From the sequence record NZ_CP136123.1: a DNA stretch of 47,304 bases; one strand, given 5' to 3'. Position numbers and translations under genes: made by a program. This stretch comes from a plasmid. Under the pieces are notes generated by a model. That model saw only the letters and a list, made by a program, of their open reading frames with translations, was not told the DNA's origin and searched no databases. Positions 27,902 through 39,196 of the stretch are shown piece by piece (the first letter of the stretch is position 1; every line of letters begins with the position of its first letter).

Positions 27902-28780
27902 TTGCCAAAAATAGCTCAGATTTTTAACAACAACGTGGCCTTGGTTGATCTAGACAACCGCGGCCAAGCCGTTGTAAGGGGACGTGGCATCGCTTTTCAG
28001 AAGAGGCGAGGAGATGTTATTCCGACAAAGCAGATAGAGAAGATCTTTTATCTAGCGAACGAGACTTCCCGACAAAATTTGTACTTTCTCTTAAAAAATA
28101 TTCCGATTGACGTGGTGACGACTACCTATGAAATTATTGATGTTGCCCAGAAACAATATCGACTGAAAGTGCTTGATTATATCTACATTACCTTGAGTGA
28201 TCATATTTACGAGGCATATAAACGCTATCAGGCAGGGACTTATCAAGAAACAATGGTACCAGATTTTCATATTCAATATCCGGCCGAATATGCGGTGGCT
28301 AAACAGGCACTGCAAATCATTGCCACGAACCTTGGCGTTCAGTTTCCACAGTCGGAAATAAAAAATCTGGCGTTGCACTTTATCAACGCTTCCGGCGAAG
28401 ACGATGGCGAGCAGGTTTTTGGTAAAAGCAATGAAGCCTCACTTAGTCAACTTGTACAAGAAGTGTTGAAGCGTCATCACATTACTCGCTCTCATTCAAA
28501 TGGCAACTACTATGACCGATTTATGATTCATCTCCAGTATCTCATCGACCGACTGCAGCGTGTTGATACATATGCCGTTACCATTGTCCCTGAGGTTGCC
28601 ACTGAACTTAAGCAAAACTATCCGCAGTCTTACAAGATTGCCTCAGAAATTTTCGATGAAATTAAGGATCAACTCTATCGCAGTATGAGTGAGGACGAAC
28701 GACTTTACTTCATCATCCACATTCAGCGATTGATAAACGAAGCACCAGCCCAGAATCATTCACAAAACGATTCATTATAA
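27902..28780 (+). CDS. lacT: BglG-family transcriptional antiterminator LacT
   Basis: TTG start with GGGAGGTGA RBS; N-terminus MPKIAQIFNNNVALVDLDNRGQAVVRGRGIAFQK (CAT RNA-binding domain) followed by two PRD domains; 292 aa. Confidence 0.85.
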   Translation: MPKIAQIFNNNVALVDLDNRGQAVVRGRGIAFQKRRGDVIPTKQIEKIFYLANETSRQNLYFLLKNIPIDVVTTTYEIIDVAQKQYRLKVLDYIYITLSDHIYEAYKRYQAGTYQETMVPDFHIQYPAEYAVAKQALQIIATNLGVQFPQSEIKNLALHFINASGEDDGEQVFGKSNEASLSQLVQEVLKRHHITRSHSNGNYYDRFMIHLQYLIDRLQRVDTYAVTIVPEVATELKQNYPQSYKIASEIFDEIKDQLYRSMSEDERLYFIIHIQRLINEAPAQNHSQNDSL

Positions 28781-28900
28781 CGCGCTCGCAGTCGTAGAAG
28801 CCTACACATAAGGGCTTTGAAGCAATCTACCAAAGATTGGGCCAGTTTGCTTCAAGCACGCTTATGCTTTGGCTTCCAAGCGCTCAGGAGGAAAAGACTC

Positions 28901-30634
28901 ATGAATAAGGTTTTTGATAAATTAAAACCAATTTTTGAAGCCATCGCTGCTAACAAATATATTTCCGCGATTCGTGATGGCTTTATCGCATGTATGCCGA
29001 TCATCATCTTCTCAAGTATCTTTATGATGGTTGCTTATGTTCCGAACGCTTGGGGGTTTTACTGGCCAGACAACGTAACGAATACGTTGATGGTTGCTTA
29101 TAACTATTCCATGGGCTTGCTGGCACTGTTTGTGGCGGGAACGACTGCTAAAAACTTGACTGACAGCAAGAACCTTGAATTACCGAAAACAAATCAAATT
29201 AATCCAGTGGCCGTCATTGTGGCGTCTGAAATTTCTTTTGTCATTTTGTCGATCTTGCCGCTTAAAACCGGTGTTGACCTGACTTACATGGGGACTCAGG
29301 GATTGATCTGCGCTTATATCGTTGGGTTGATCGTGCCAAATATTTACTACGTCTGTATTAAGAACAATGTCACGATTAAATTACCAGAGCAGGTACCAGG
29401 TAATATCGCCCAGTCATTTAAAGACCTTATCCCGATGGGCCTTTCTGTGACAGCCTTCTGGCTTTTCGGTGTTGGCTTCAAAGCGGCAACGGGTACTGTA
29501 TTGCCACGCTGGATCATTCAAGTACTTTCGCCGCTTTTCCAAGCCAGCGATTCTTATCTAGGCTTAGCCCTGATTGCTGGCGCGATGGCTTTCTTCTGGT
29601 TCTGTGGTGTCCAAGGCCCATCAATTGTTCAGCCGGCTGTTGTCCCGATTATGATTGCGAATACAGCAGCTAACTTGCAGCAATATCAGGCAGGGCAACA
29701 TGTCTCGCACGTTTTGGCCATGAACACGATGGACTACGTCATGAATTTTGGTGGAACCGGAGCAACATTGGTGGTACCTTTCATCATGCTGTTTGCGGCC
29801 CGATCAGCGCAATTAAAAGCCGTTGGTAAGGTTTCCTTTGTGCCATGCACTTTCGGGGTCAATGAACCTGTTTTGTTTGGAATGCCGATTATCATGAATC
29901 CCATTTTCTTCATTCCGTTCTTAGCAACCCCGATCGTGAACGTTTGCTTATTCAAATTCTTTGTGAGTGTACTTGGCATGAACAGTATGATGTACACCAT
30001 GCCATGGACAGTTCCGGGACCGATTGGGATTTTGATTTCGACTGGGTTTGCCCCGTTGGCTTTCGCCTTTGTTCTACTGACGTTGGTTCTGGACGTTGCG
30101 ATATACTTCCCATTCATTCGCGTTTATGACAGCACACTCTTAGCTGAAGAAAAAGCTAAGGAAGAGGTCATTGAAGACGACGGCATGGCTGTTCAGGCGA
30201 GTGACACAGTGTCACCTTCTATCCCGACTGGTTTGACTGTTGCGACTGCCACAGACGACGATGCGACCCATGTGTTGCCTGAAACAGCCCCATCTGCCCA
30301 CGGCGAAGCCTATTTCAAACAAAATGAAGTTAATGTTTTAGTGTTGTGTGCTGGTGGTGGAACAAGCGGTATTCTTGCCAACGCGCTAAACAAACTGTCT
30401 AAGGAACGCGGTTTAAAGCTCTCGGCCGCCGCCCGCGCTTATGGACAGGATATGGATTTGATCAAAGATATGAACATGGTCATCCTTGCGCCGCAAATGG
30501 AAAGCATGAAAGGTAATTTAAAAAAGATCACCGATAAGTATGGCGTCAAGCTGGTCACAACAACTGGTCGGCAATACATTGAATTAACCAACAATGGTGA
30601 CAAGGCACTTGATTTTGTTGAATCCAATCTTTGA
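28901..30634 (+). CDS. lacE: Lactose-specific PTS enzyme IICB
   Basis: MNKVFDKLKPIFEAIAANKYISAIRDGFIA (EIIC lac/cellobiose start); C-terminal EIIB domain with VLVLCAGGGTSG; 577 aa; GGAGGAAAAG RBS. Confidence 0.9.
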   Translation: MNKVFDKLKPIFEAIAANKYISAIRDGFIACMPIIIFSSIFMMVAYVPNAWGFYWPDNVTNTLMVAYNYSMGLLALFVAGTTAKNLTDSKNLELPKTNQINPVAVIVASEISFVILSILPLKTGVDLTYMGTQGLICAYIVGLIVPNIYYVCIKNNVTIKLPEQVPGNIAQSFKDLIPMGLSVTAFWLFGVGFKAATGTVLPRWIIQVLSPLFQASDSYLGLALIAGAMAFFWFCGVQGPSIVQPAVVPIMIANTAANLQQYQAGQHVSHVLAMNTMDYVMNFGGTGATLVVPFIMLFAARSAQLKAVGKVSFVPCTFGVNEPVLFGMPIIMNPIFFIPFLATPIVNVCLFKFFVSVLGMNSMMYTMPWTVPGPIGILISTGFAPLAFAFVLLTLVLDVAIYFPFIRVYDSTLLAEEKAKEEVIEDDGMAVQASDTVSPSIPTGLTVATATDDDATHVLPETAPSAHGEAYFKQNEVNVLVLCAGGGTSGILANALNKLSKERGLKLSAAARAYGQDMDLIKDMNMVILAPQMESMKGNLKKITDKYGVKLVTTTGRQYIELTNNGDKALDFVESNL

Positions 30635-30660
30635 GACACTTAACAGGAGGTTATTAAGCA

Positions 30661-32085
30661 ATGAGTAAACAGCTACCTCAAGATTTTGTAATGGGCGGGG
30701 CAACCGCCGCCTATCAAGTCGAAGGAGCCACCAAGGAAGACGGTAAAGGTCGCGTGCTTTGGGACGATTTTCTGGATAAACAGGGGCGGTTCAAGCCCGA
30801 CCCGGCAGCGGATTTTTATCATCGTTATGATGAAGATTTGGCATTAGCGGAAAAATACGGCCATCAAGTGATTCGGGTGTCAATTGCCTGGTCGCGAATT
30901 TTTCCGGATGGTGCCGGGGAAGTTGAGCCACGCGGGGTTGCTTTTTACCACAAGCTCTTCGCGGATTGTGCCGCCCATCATATCGAACCGTTTGTTACGC
31001 TACATCATTTTGATACGCCCGAACGCTTGCACGAAGCCGGTGATTGGTTGAGTCAAGAGATGTTGGACGACTTTGTGGCTTATGCGAAGTTTTGCTTTGA
31101 AGAATTTTCCGAAGTGAAGTATTGGATCACCATTAATGAACCGACCTCAATGGCCGTTCAACAATATACAAGCGGGACATTCCCGCCTGCCGAGTCTGGA
31201 CGTTTTGATAAGACGTTCCAAGCTGAACACAATCAAATGGTGGCGCATGCCCGTATCGTTAATCTATATAAGTCAATGCAATTAGGTGGCCAAATTGGAA
31301 TTGTTCATGCGTTGCAAACTGTTTATCCCTACAGTGATAGCGCTGTGGATCACCATGCCGCCGAGTTGCAGGACGCTTTGGAAAATCGATTGTATCTGGA
31401 TGGCACATTAGCTGGCGAATATCACCAAGAAACTTTGGCGCTCGTGAAGGAAATTCTGGATGCCAATCATCAACCGATGTTTCAATCGACACCGCAGGAA
31501 ATGAAGGCTATTGATGAAGCGGCCCATCAGTTAGACTTTGTTGGGGTCAATAATTATTTCAGCAAGTGGTTGCGTGCCTATCATGGCAAATCAGAGACCA
31601 TTCATAATGGCGACGGCACCAAAGGCTCTTCGGTCGCGCGGCTGCAAGGCGTTGGCGAGGAAAAACTCCCAGATGGCATTGAGACGACAGATTGGGATTG
31701 GTCGATTTATCCACGAGGAATGTATGACATACTGATGCGGATTCATAATGACTATCCGTTGGTGCCAGTGACCTACGTGACAGAAAATGGTATTGGTCTT
31801 AAAGAAAGCTTGCCAGAAAATGCGACCCCTGACACCGTGATTGAAGATCCAAAACGGATTGATTATGTAAAGAAATATCTGTCCGCAATGGCTGATGCTA
31901 TCCATGATGGCGCAAATGTCAAAGGTTACTTCATCTGGTCACTTCAAGATCAGTTTTCTTGGACAAACGGTTACAGTAAACGATATGGTCTGTTCTTCGT
32001 TGATTTTCCAACACAAAATCGTTATATCAAACAAAGTGCCGAGTGGTTTAAGTCTGTGAGTGAGACCCACATCATTCCGGATTAA
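30661..32085 (+). CDS. lacG: 6-phospho-beta-galactosidase (GH1)
   Basis: GH1 motifs ([19 protein letters not shown]); 474 aa; operon position. Confidence 0.9.
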   Translation: MSKQLPQDFVMGGATAAYQVEGATKEDGKGRVLWDDFLDKQGRFKPDPAADFYHRYDEDLALAEKYGHQVIRVSIAWSRIFPDGAGEVEPRGVAFYHKLFADCAAHHIEPFVTLHHFDTPERLHEAGDWLSQEMLDDFVAYAKFCFEEFSEVKYWITINEPTSMAVQQYTSGTFPPAESGRFDKTFQAEHNQMVAHARIVNLYKSMQLGGQIGIVHALQTVYPYSDSAVDHHAAELQDALENRLYLDGTLAGEYHQETLALVKEILDANHQPMFQSTPQEMKAIDEAAHQLDFVGVNNYFSKWLRAYHGKSETIHNGDGTKGSSVARLQGVGEEKLPDGIETTDWDWSIYPRGMYDILMRIHNDYPLVPVTYVTENGIGLKESLPENATPDTVIEDPKRIDYVKKYLSAMADAIHDGANVKGYFIWSLQDQFSWTNGYSKRYGLFFVDFPTQNRYIKQSAEWFKSVSETHIIPD

Positions 32086-32130
32086 AAAGTTTTTGGCTAT
32101 TTAGACAGCAAGGATTGAATCGGAGGGAAA

Positions 32131-32469
32131 ATGATGGCTACTAAAGAAGAAATTTCAATGGTTGGTTTTGCACTTGTGGCGTATGCAGGCGATGCTCGAA
32201 CGGCTGCTGTGCATGCACTTGATGCCGCTGAAGCAGGCGATTTCGATAAGGCAAACGAATTGGTTGAGAAGGCCCAACAGGATATCAATGAAGCCCACAA
32301 CCAACAGACCCAGCTTCTAAGTCAAGAAGCTGGCGGTGCTGAAATGGATGTCACCTTTATCATGGTTCATGGTCAAGATACGTTGATGACAACCATGTTG
32401 CTCATTGATGAAACACGCTACATGATTCGCATGTTTAAGCGGATCAAAGAACTTGAGAACAAGCAGTAA
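32131..32469 (+). CDS. lacF: Lactose-specific PTS enzyme IIA
   Basis: MATKEEISMVGFALVAYAGDARTAAVHALDAA is typical of EIIA-lac; 112 aa. Confidence 0.85.
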   Translation: MMATKEEISMVGFALVAYAGDARTAAVHALDAAEAGDFDKANELVEKAQQDINEAHNQQTQLLSQEAGGAEMDVTFIMVHGQDTLMTTMLLIDETRYMIRMFKRIKELENKQ

Positions 32470-32580
32470 ATGAGTCATCATCATTTCTCGATAAAATGAT
32501 AGTCGAATCGATCAGCATTTCCTCCAAATGACGAACTTTGCTGTTAGCGCGTCCTCAATAATTGAACAGAAGTAACCCAG

Positions 32581-32619
32581 AAACTAGGCGCGTGGCACAT
32601 ACAGCGCCTAGTTTTTCTA
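32581..32619 (+). terminator. Rho-independent terminator of the lac operon (AAACTAGGCGC...GCGCCTAGTTT + T5)
   Basis: 11-bp stem followed by a T run. Confidence 0.6.
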
Positions 32620-32693
32620 TTTCGGAAGTTTGTCAAATGGTGTTGAAGGATAGTTTCTATCCTTTGGAGATCTCCTCGTGTGGGCGATCTTTT

Positions 32694-34995
32694 GTAAGCG
32701 TCACATAGTGCAGTACCTATAATTGTCAAAATCCTCCCTCTATACTTGGTCTATCAAGAAGATTGGAGGATTTCTTTATGACTCAAACCAATGATCTGGT
32801 TCCAATCCAAATGGTCAATCGCGACGGTGCCGCCGTCGTGGTGAAACCCAAACTAGGAGCCAAAATTAAACTAAACGAAGCCGAAGTCCTTTTCTACAAT
32901 GGCATCGATAAGGTGATGGCCCGGATTATTTTGCAGGAGTTGATGGCCCATGATACCCGACCTGTCCAAAGCTAACATTTACATCATTTGCGGTCGCACC
33001 GATCTGCGAAAAGGCATTGATGGCTTGGCGGCCTTGGTCACGGAGGAGTACAAGATGGATGTGTTCGACAATGCGTTATTCATCTTCTGTGGTACCCGTA
33101 AGGATCGTTTCAAAGCACTGTATTGGACCAAAAGTGGTTTTCTGCTTTTATACAAGCGCTTTGAAAACGGCTATATGCAATGGCCGCGCGATCGCAGTGA
33201 AATTCGCCGTTTGAATTATCGTCAAATGTCACGTCTGGTCAATGGTTTAGCCATTGAAGAACGCCGTACCATTCAGCCTGTAACCCCGGGGTATGTGTAC
33301 TGATTGTCTGAAAGAAAGTCTTTTCTTGAAGCTGACGAAAAGGCTTTCTTTTCGTGTGGCCGCTTGATATACTTTTTTCAACCATTTTAACGGAGGGCGC
33401 GAGATGTCAGCGGAAGCAGTCGTGACGACAGAACAATTCGAATATCTCAAACAAGAGAACGCGCTGCTTCGCGAACAAGTCGAGTTCTTAATGCGGCGCC
33501 TGTACGGCACTAAGCGTGAAAGTCTCACTGACGGTCAGGTTGATCTCTTTGATCAAACCAAAACCTTTGTGGCGCCAACAGTTCCTGAACCAGAAGAGCA
33601 AGATGACAAACCTGCAAAACGTAAAAAACAAAAAGGCAGGAAAGCAGCGCAACTGGCTCCTTTTCCTGAAGTGGCTGTGCACCACGAACTAACCGGAGCG
33701 GAACGCCAGTGCCCACATTGTGCCGCTGAGATGCGTGAAATTGGGGCCACGGCGACCAGCCGCGAACCGGTTCGGATTCCGGAACACGTTGAAGTCCACG
33801 TCCACTATCAGCACGCCTATGAATGTCGCCAGTGTTCCAATCAGTTAGATCACAGCGTCATCAAAAAGGCGATAGTGCCGAAGCCGTTCATTCCTAACAG
33901 CTTTGCCTCACCAAGCATCCTAACCCAAACGATGATCGAAAAGTATCGTAAAAAGGTCCCAGCCTATCGCCAGATAAAGGATTGGGGAGACTTGGGGCTC
34001 GAACTAACCCGCCAACAAATCACCAACTGGCACATTCGGGCTTGTGACTATGGGTTAGGCAATCTCTACGAACTGATGCATCAAACACTGCTCAAACAAA
34101 CCGTCGTCCACGCCGATGAAACCAGCTATCGCGTGTTGGAAAGCGAGAAAGTAAACACCTATTTCTGGGTTTTCGCCTCTGGACGCGCGGAAGACGAGCA
34201 GATTATTCTCTATGAGCACGCCGATTCCCGCGCCACGGAAGTCCCGAAGAACTTCCTCAACGGGTATACACATTATCTCCAAACCGATGGCTATCAAGTG
34301 TACGACAAACTTGATCAGGTCACCCGAGTCGCCTGTCTTTCCCACATCCGACGTAAGTTCTTCGAGGCCATGGGTAAACAGGGCAACACGCAAAGCGGTG
34401 CCAAGAAAGGTGTGACATATTGTGATCGCATGTTCAAGATGGAGCGGCCATGGCGGTTATTAACCCCTGATCAGCGCTATCAAAAACGCCAAAGTCAACT
34501 GAAATCAACTATGTCCGATTTCTTCACTTGGTGTGAAAGTGTCCACGCCTTACCGCAATCCAAATTCGGCCGCGCCATCGACTATGCACTCAGTCAACGC
34601 GAAGCCATGGAAAATGTGTTGTTGGATGGCCGTTTGGAGCTTTCAAATAACCGCGTTGAGCGCGCCGTCAAGGAACTCGTTATCGGTCGCAAAAACTGGC
34701 TATTCTCCACGAGTTTCAAAGGGGCCCGGTCAAGCGGGATTATCTTGAGTGTCATGCGTTCGGCTGAGGCCAACGGTCTCGACTGCCGCAAATACCTCGA
34801 ATACTTATTTACTGAATTACCCAACCTTTCCGTTCCTGGCGATTCTAAAGCGCTGCAGGATTATTTACCATGGTCGTCGCAAGTCCGGGCAATCTGTGCA
34901 AGATAAACCTCAATAAAAGACAACGGCTTCGGCATTTCCTCAATCATAAGGGAATCCGAAGCCGTTTTAAATGTACCTCACAATCGTGCGCTTAC
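32694..34995 (+). mobile_element. IS66-family element (2302 bp) with a perfect 8-bp target-site duplication GATCTTTT; orfA 32763-32975, tnpB 32950-33303, tnpC 33404-34906
   Basis: Ends GTAAGCG...CGCTTAC (IS66 terminal inverted repeats); TnpB motif IIC GRTDLRKGIDGLAALV; TnpC zinc finger CPHCAAEM...CRQC; direct repeat at 32686-32693 and 34996-35003. Confidence 0.85.
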
Positions 34996-35109
34996 GATCT
35001 TTTTTGTTGTTTTATTAGTTGCGGCGTTTAATCTGGTGTGTTGTCTGAATATCGTACTTGAAGGCATAACAAATAAGCCTACCATCGTGACGTTATTGTG
35101 GTAGATAAT

Positions 35110-35305
35110 CTAGGCAATCAGCTGGTAGACGCGTGTGAACATATTGGCCTGATTGGAGAAGCCATAACAAGCACGTTTGAGCTCCTTGATCTTACGGTTG
35201 ATGCCCTCTATCGGTCCGTTAGAGTAGGACGATTTGGCGGCGTTAATTACTCCATTAAGATTCTTTCGTAGGGTATGCATGGCCGTATCTAGGGGCGTGC
35301 CGTAA
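35110..35305 (-). pseudogene. C-terminal ~65 aa of an ISL3-family transposase (remnant)
   Basis: SNGPIEGINRKIKELKRACYGFSNQANMFTRVYQLIA is the ISL3 tnp C-terminal signature; an upstream in-frame stop appears immediately. Confidence 0.6.
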
Positions 35306-36162
35306 GAACCTGTCTAGTATCTTTTAAGAACTATCTTCAGGAAGGCCAATACCACCATTTGAAGACTGCTGTTAAGGGCGCGTTCACAGTTTTTCCAAAG
35401 TCGCCGACATTTGTCTAGCCAACTCCATGAACGTTCAATGATCCATCGTTGCGGTAACACCGTGAACGTATGCAACTCGTTGCGTTTAGCTACCGTCGTC
35501 TTAGCATTCAAAATGAGCTTCACCTGATCCGCAAAGTCATTGCCAGTGTAGCCACCATCAACCATGACATGCTGAACCAGCTCTAAATTTTGGCTAGCCA
35601 AACTAAACATAGCCAATGCACCTGAACGATCTGATACATTAGCTCGTGTCACGAGAATGGCTTGTGGTAAACCATTAATATCAACCGCCATATGACGCTT
35701 AATCCCTGAAATCTTTTTGCCGCCATCGTAGCCACTATTTTTCGTTAAATCAGTGGTTTTAACACTTTGAGCATCAACAATCACAAACGACGTTCGGGCC
35801 GATCGGCCCTGTGCAAAGCGATAGGAAGCAACAGTTTTTTTAAAAGCCTTTCTAATAGCGAATCAGCTGTCGGGTCTGGTTTATCTCGCCACATATCGTA
35901 ATAGCGGTAGACAGTGTGCCATTCCGGGAAATCGTGCGGTAATTCACGCCATTGACACCCTGTAGTAAGCGAGTAAAGGATGGCATTGAATACGTCATAA
36001 AGATCATAACGACGCGGTCTTGTATGCTTGCGGAAGTTTTCTAAATCAGGTTGTATTAACGCAAATTGCGCTCGAGAAATATTGCTTGGATAATCTGGCA
36101 TGACAAACGCCTCAGTCGGTTTTCCACAATTCTACCAGATTCAGCAGATACTAGACAGGTTC
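35306..36162 (-). mobile_element. IS5-family (IS427-group-like) element, copy B, intact (ORFs 36101-35781 and 35784-35314); 3-bp TAA target duplication
   Basis: Same terminal inverted repeats as copy A; TAA directly flanks both ends (35303-35305 and 36163-36165); the second ORF lacks the nonsense codon seen in copy A. Confidence 0.8.
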
Positions 36163-36227
36163 TAAGAGGCATTTCACCATACTAACAAGAAAACCAAAAA
36201 TTCCCAGATCATTAATTTAACATATCG

Positions 36228-36258
36228 TATCAAACCACGCCTGGAATATTATCTAGGC
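36228..36258 (+). terminator. Rho-independent terminator (ACGCCTGG-loop-CTAGGCGT + T7)
   Basis: 8-bp stem (one G-U pair) followed by TTTTTTT. Confidence 0.45.
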
Positions 36259-36293
36259 GTTTTTTTAGTGTCATGGTATTTTCTGGCAGAAAG

Positions 36294-36350
36294 GTTGCAT
36301 TATTGTGACTACAGTTGTAAACTAATAAGCGTTAAGAGACTACAAACGTA
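36294..36350 (+). promoter_or_regulatory. cop promoter with two cop boxes (TACAGTTGTA at 36310-36319 and TACAAACGTA at 36341-36350)
   Basis: Matches the CopY operator consensus TACAnnTGTA; -35 TTGCAT and -10 TAAACT spaced 17 nt, overlapping the first box. Confidence 0.6.
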
Positions 36351-36381
36351 AACTTAGAATTCAATTAATGGAGGAAGCCAA

Positions 36382-36813
36382 TTGAAGGATGCAAAGAATG
36401 TAACCATCACCGATTCTGAATGGATGGTTATGAGAGCAATTTGGACAATGGGACATGCGACTAGTCGTGAACTAATCGATGCTATGAACGAATTAGAAGG
36501 CTGGTCAGCTTCAACAACCAAAACGCTACTTCACAGGTTGATTCAAAAACAGGCGGTTGCGCAGCATGGCGGCAGTCGACCATTCACGTATAAGCCGGTT
36601 GTTGGCGAGAAGGAATCAATGGCGGCAGCGGCAGATGATTTGTTTGACCATATGTGTGCGATGCGGGCTGGTTCAACAATTGCCGGCGTTATTCAGTCAA
36701 GGGAACTCTCACGGGCGGATATTGCGAACTTACAGGCGATTCTAGCTGAAAAGGCCAAAACAGCGCCCGAGGAAGTTCAGTGTAACTGCTTGCCGGGTGA
36801 TCAAACGTGTTAA
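36382..36813 (+). CDS. copY: Copper-responsive repressor CopY (BlaI/MecI/CopY family)
   Basis: Winged-helix N-domain SEWMVMRAIW; C-terminal CNCLPGDQTC metal site; TTG start with GGAGGAAG RBS. Confidence 0.8.
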   Translation: MKDAKNVTITDSEWMVMRAIWTMGHATSRELIDAMNELEGWSASTTKTLLHRLIQKQAVAQHGGSRPFTYKPVVGEKESMAAAADDLFDHMCAMRAGSTIAGVIQSRELSRADIANLQAILAEKAKTAPEEVQCNCLPGDQTC

Positions 36814-37063
36814 GACTGTGGTGTTCTGTTTACTTTTAGGATTGCTGCACAAAAATCCAGAATCTGGGATTTCTGATGGCGGAAACTTATGAATTTTTGT
36901 CGTAATTCTCATTCATATAGTGGCATGGTGCTCCGCAAAGCAGAAGCCTAAATATAAGAACCTGGTGGAAAAATCCCGAGCCCGGGGATTTCCACACAAG
37001 GAACTTATATTCCGGCTTCTAACCGCTTTGCTACGCACACTTATTTTTAGGGGGTCGATAATC

Positions 37064-37535
37064 ATGGCAAATAAAGAGGACCATATGAACATGAAAAACA
37101 TGAGTGCTAAGAATATGGAAAATAATGAATCAAATATGAGTCATATGGATCATGATGACATGAAAATGGATCACGATATGACCGAAACGGATCATAATCA
37201 AATGAACATGGACCACGATATGGCCGAAATGGATCATGGTCAAATGAATATGGATCACAGCCAAATGAACATGAATCACGAAACTATGAATATGAGTGGG
37301 ATGAATCACGGTGATATGGATATGGCTGGGACCGACATGATGATGCACGGTGGCTCAATGATGCATATGGGGAATTTGAAAGTTAAATTTTGGGTCTCCG
37401 TTGTCTTAGCGATTCCAGTTTTACTGTTAGCACCAATCATGGGTTTAAACGTTTCCATCCTTAGTTTCAGTTCACCGCTAATTGTTGGCATTATCATCGT
37501 TTTGTTTGATACAGCACTTTACTTTTATGGCGGAA
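37064..37535 (+). pseudogene. copB: copB 5' fragment: His/Met-rich metal-binding N-terminus and first TM helices of a copper P-type ATPase, interrupted by IS3 copy 2
   Basis: Repeats MDHDMTETDHNQMNMDHDMAEMDHGQMNMDH; AGGGGG RBS; reads into the IS at 37536; the ORF-track call from 36920 includes an out-of-frame 5' extension. Confidence 0.7.
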
Positions 37536-38792
37536 GGGTCTGTACTAGAATTTCGGACAGAAACATAAGAGAATTGATTTATCCGAAAGGAGTCCTCAAA
37601 ATGACCTATTCACGCAATCGCTACGACCAAGATTTTAAGAAAAATGCGGTACGTTTGAGTTTTAACTCTTCCAAACCAGTTAAAATCATTGCCTCCGAAC
37701 TTGGTGTTCCTGAAAGTGCCCTGTATCGTTGGCGGAAGCTATATACCGAAGATGGAAAGCAAACGCCGTTTGCTTCTTTAGAAGCTGAGAACCGTGCCTT
37801 AAAACGTGAAAATGCCGAATTAGCATTGGAGCGTGATATGTTAAAAAAAGCCGCCGCCTACTTTGCCAGTCTCCAGAAGTAACCCCCAGCGATAAGTATG
37901 CTTTTATGTTGAGGGAAACCTCTGTTTCTGTGGTAAGGTGGGCGCGTTTGTTAGACGTATCAACGAGTGGTTATTATGCTTGGCGGAGAGCTTTGCCAAA
38001 GCGAAACGCCAAAGAAAGGCAATATCGTCAACGAATCAAACACTTTTTTGATCAAGGACAGGGCACTTACGGGCCCAAACGCATCTGCGGTTTATTGCGT
38101 AAAAATGGTAATAAAGCTTCCTATCACCGAGTTGCCCGTCTGATGGCTGATGCCGGTCTGTATTCAACGCTACGTTGTCGTCATCCGAAGAGTTTGACCG
38201 ATAGCCGCCTTGCTCGTCAAGGTGATTATCCCAATCTAGTGAAACACCAATCTTTTAAGCCGTTTGAAGCCTTATCAAGTGACATTACACAGACGACAAC
38301 ATCAGAAGGAAAAGCTTACATTTGCCAAATAAGGGATTTGACCAGCAACCTAGTGTTAGCTCATCAAATATCCAATCATATGGACACGGATTTAGTCTTA
38401 GCGACACTTAAACAAGCCCACCAAAGGTGGGCTTTGCCAGAAACGTGTATTTTTCATAGTGACCGTGGTAGCCAATACACGGCCAAAGCAGTGACAAAGT
38501 TGGTCAACCAATATCATTGGCAACGTAGCTTCTCAGCATTGGGAAAACCGGGTGATAACGCTTGGAGCGAAAGCTTCTTTGCCATCATGAAGAAAGAGCT
38601 CATTTATCAGATACAATTTAAAGATATCAATGATCTGAGAGCGCAAGTCTTCGCTTACATCGAGACCTTTTACAACCGCGTAAGGGTACAAGCACGCTTA
38701 GACTATCTTGCACCAGTAGCATGGCTTTCCTTGTATGACCAAGCTTCACAAAAAGTCGCTTAGCAAACTGTCCGAAAAAGTGTTGACTTCCC
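37536..38792 (+). mobile_element. IS3-family insertion sequence, copy 2 (identical to copy 1; orfA 37601-37882, orfB 37906-38763)
   Basis: Sequence identity with 22423-23679 across the full 1257 bp including inverted repeats; no target duplication. Confidence 0.85.
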
Positions 38793-39122
38793 CCAAGTCT
38801 TGCCGCGGCCGATATTGGAATTGCAATTGGCGCCGGAACCGATGTTGCCATTGATTCCGCTGATGTTGTGTTGGTTAAATCAGAACCCAGCGATATTTTA
38901 CATTTTCTTGATTTGGCTAAAATCACAAATCGGAAAATGGTTCAAAATCTCTGGTGGGGAGCAGGCTACAATATTGTCGCAATTCCACTCGCTGCCGGTG
39001 TGTTGTCATTTATTGGAATCATTCTAGACCCAGCCGTTGGTGCTGCGGTCATGGCGATGTCGACAATTATCGTGGCAATTAATGCGATGGGATTGACTGG
39101 TGAAAAGATTAAAAACGTGTAA
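38793..39122 (+). pseudogene. copB: copB 3' fragment: last ~110 aa of the P-type ATPase
   Basis: [32 protein letters not shown]... is the conserved post-GDGxND region and last two TM helices; about 440 codons of the central part are missing. Confidence 0.7.
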
Positions 39123-39196
39123 TTAAGTGATGACAAAAAGAGGAGAAAGATCAGCTGGTAGTCTGGTCTTTCTCCTCTTTATGATCATCATGTTAA

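Noticed and set aside
36920-37063. 5' extension of the copB ORF call
   Set aside because: It reads through the promoter/leader without an RBS; the real start is the ATG at 37064 with an AGGGGG RBS.
37130-37497. Minus-strand His-rich ORFs opposite the copB N-terminal repeats
   Set aside because: They are antisense readings of the MDHDM-repeat DNA.
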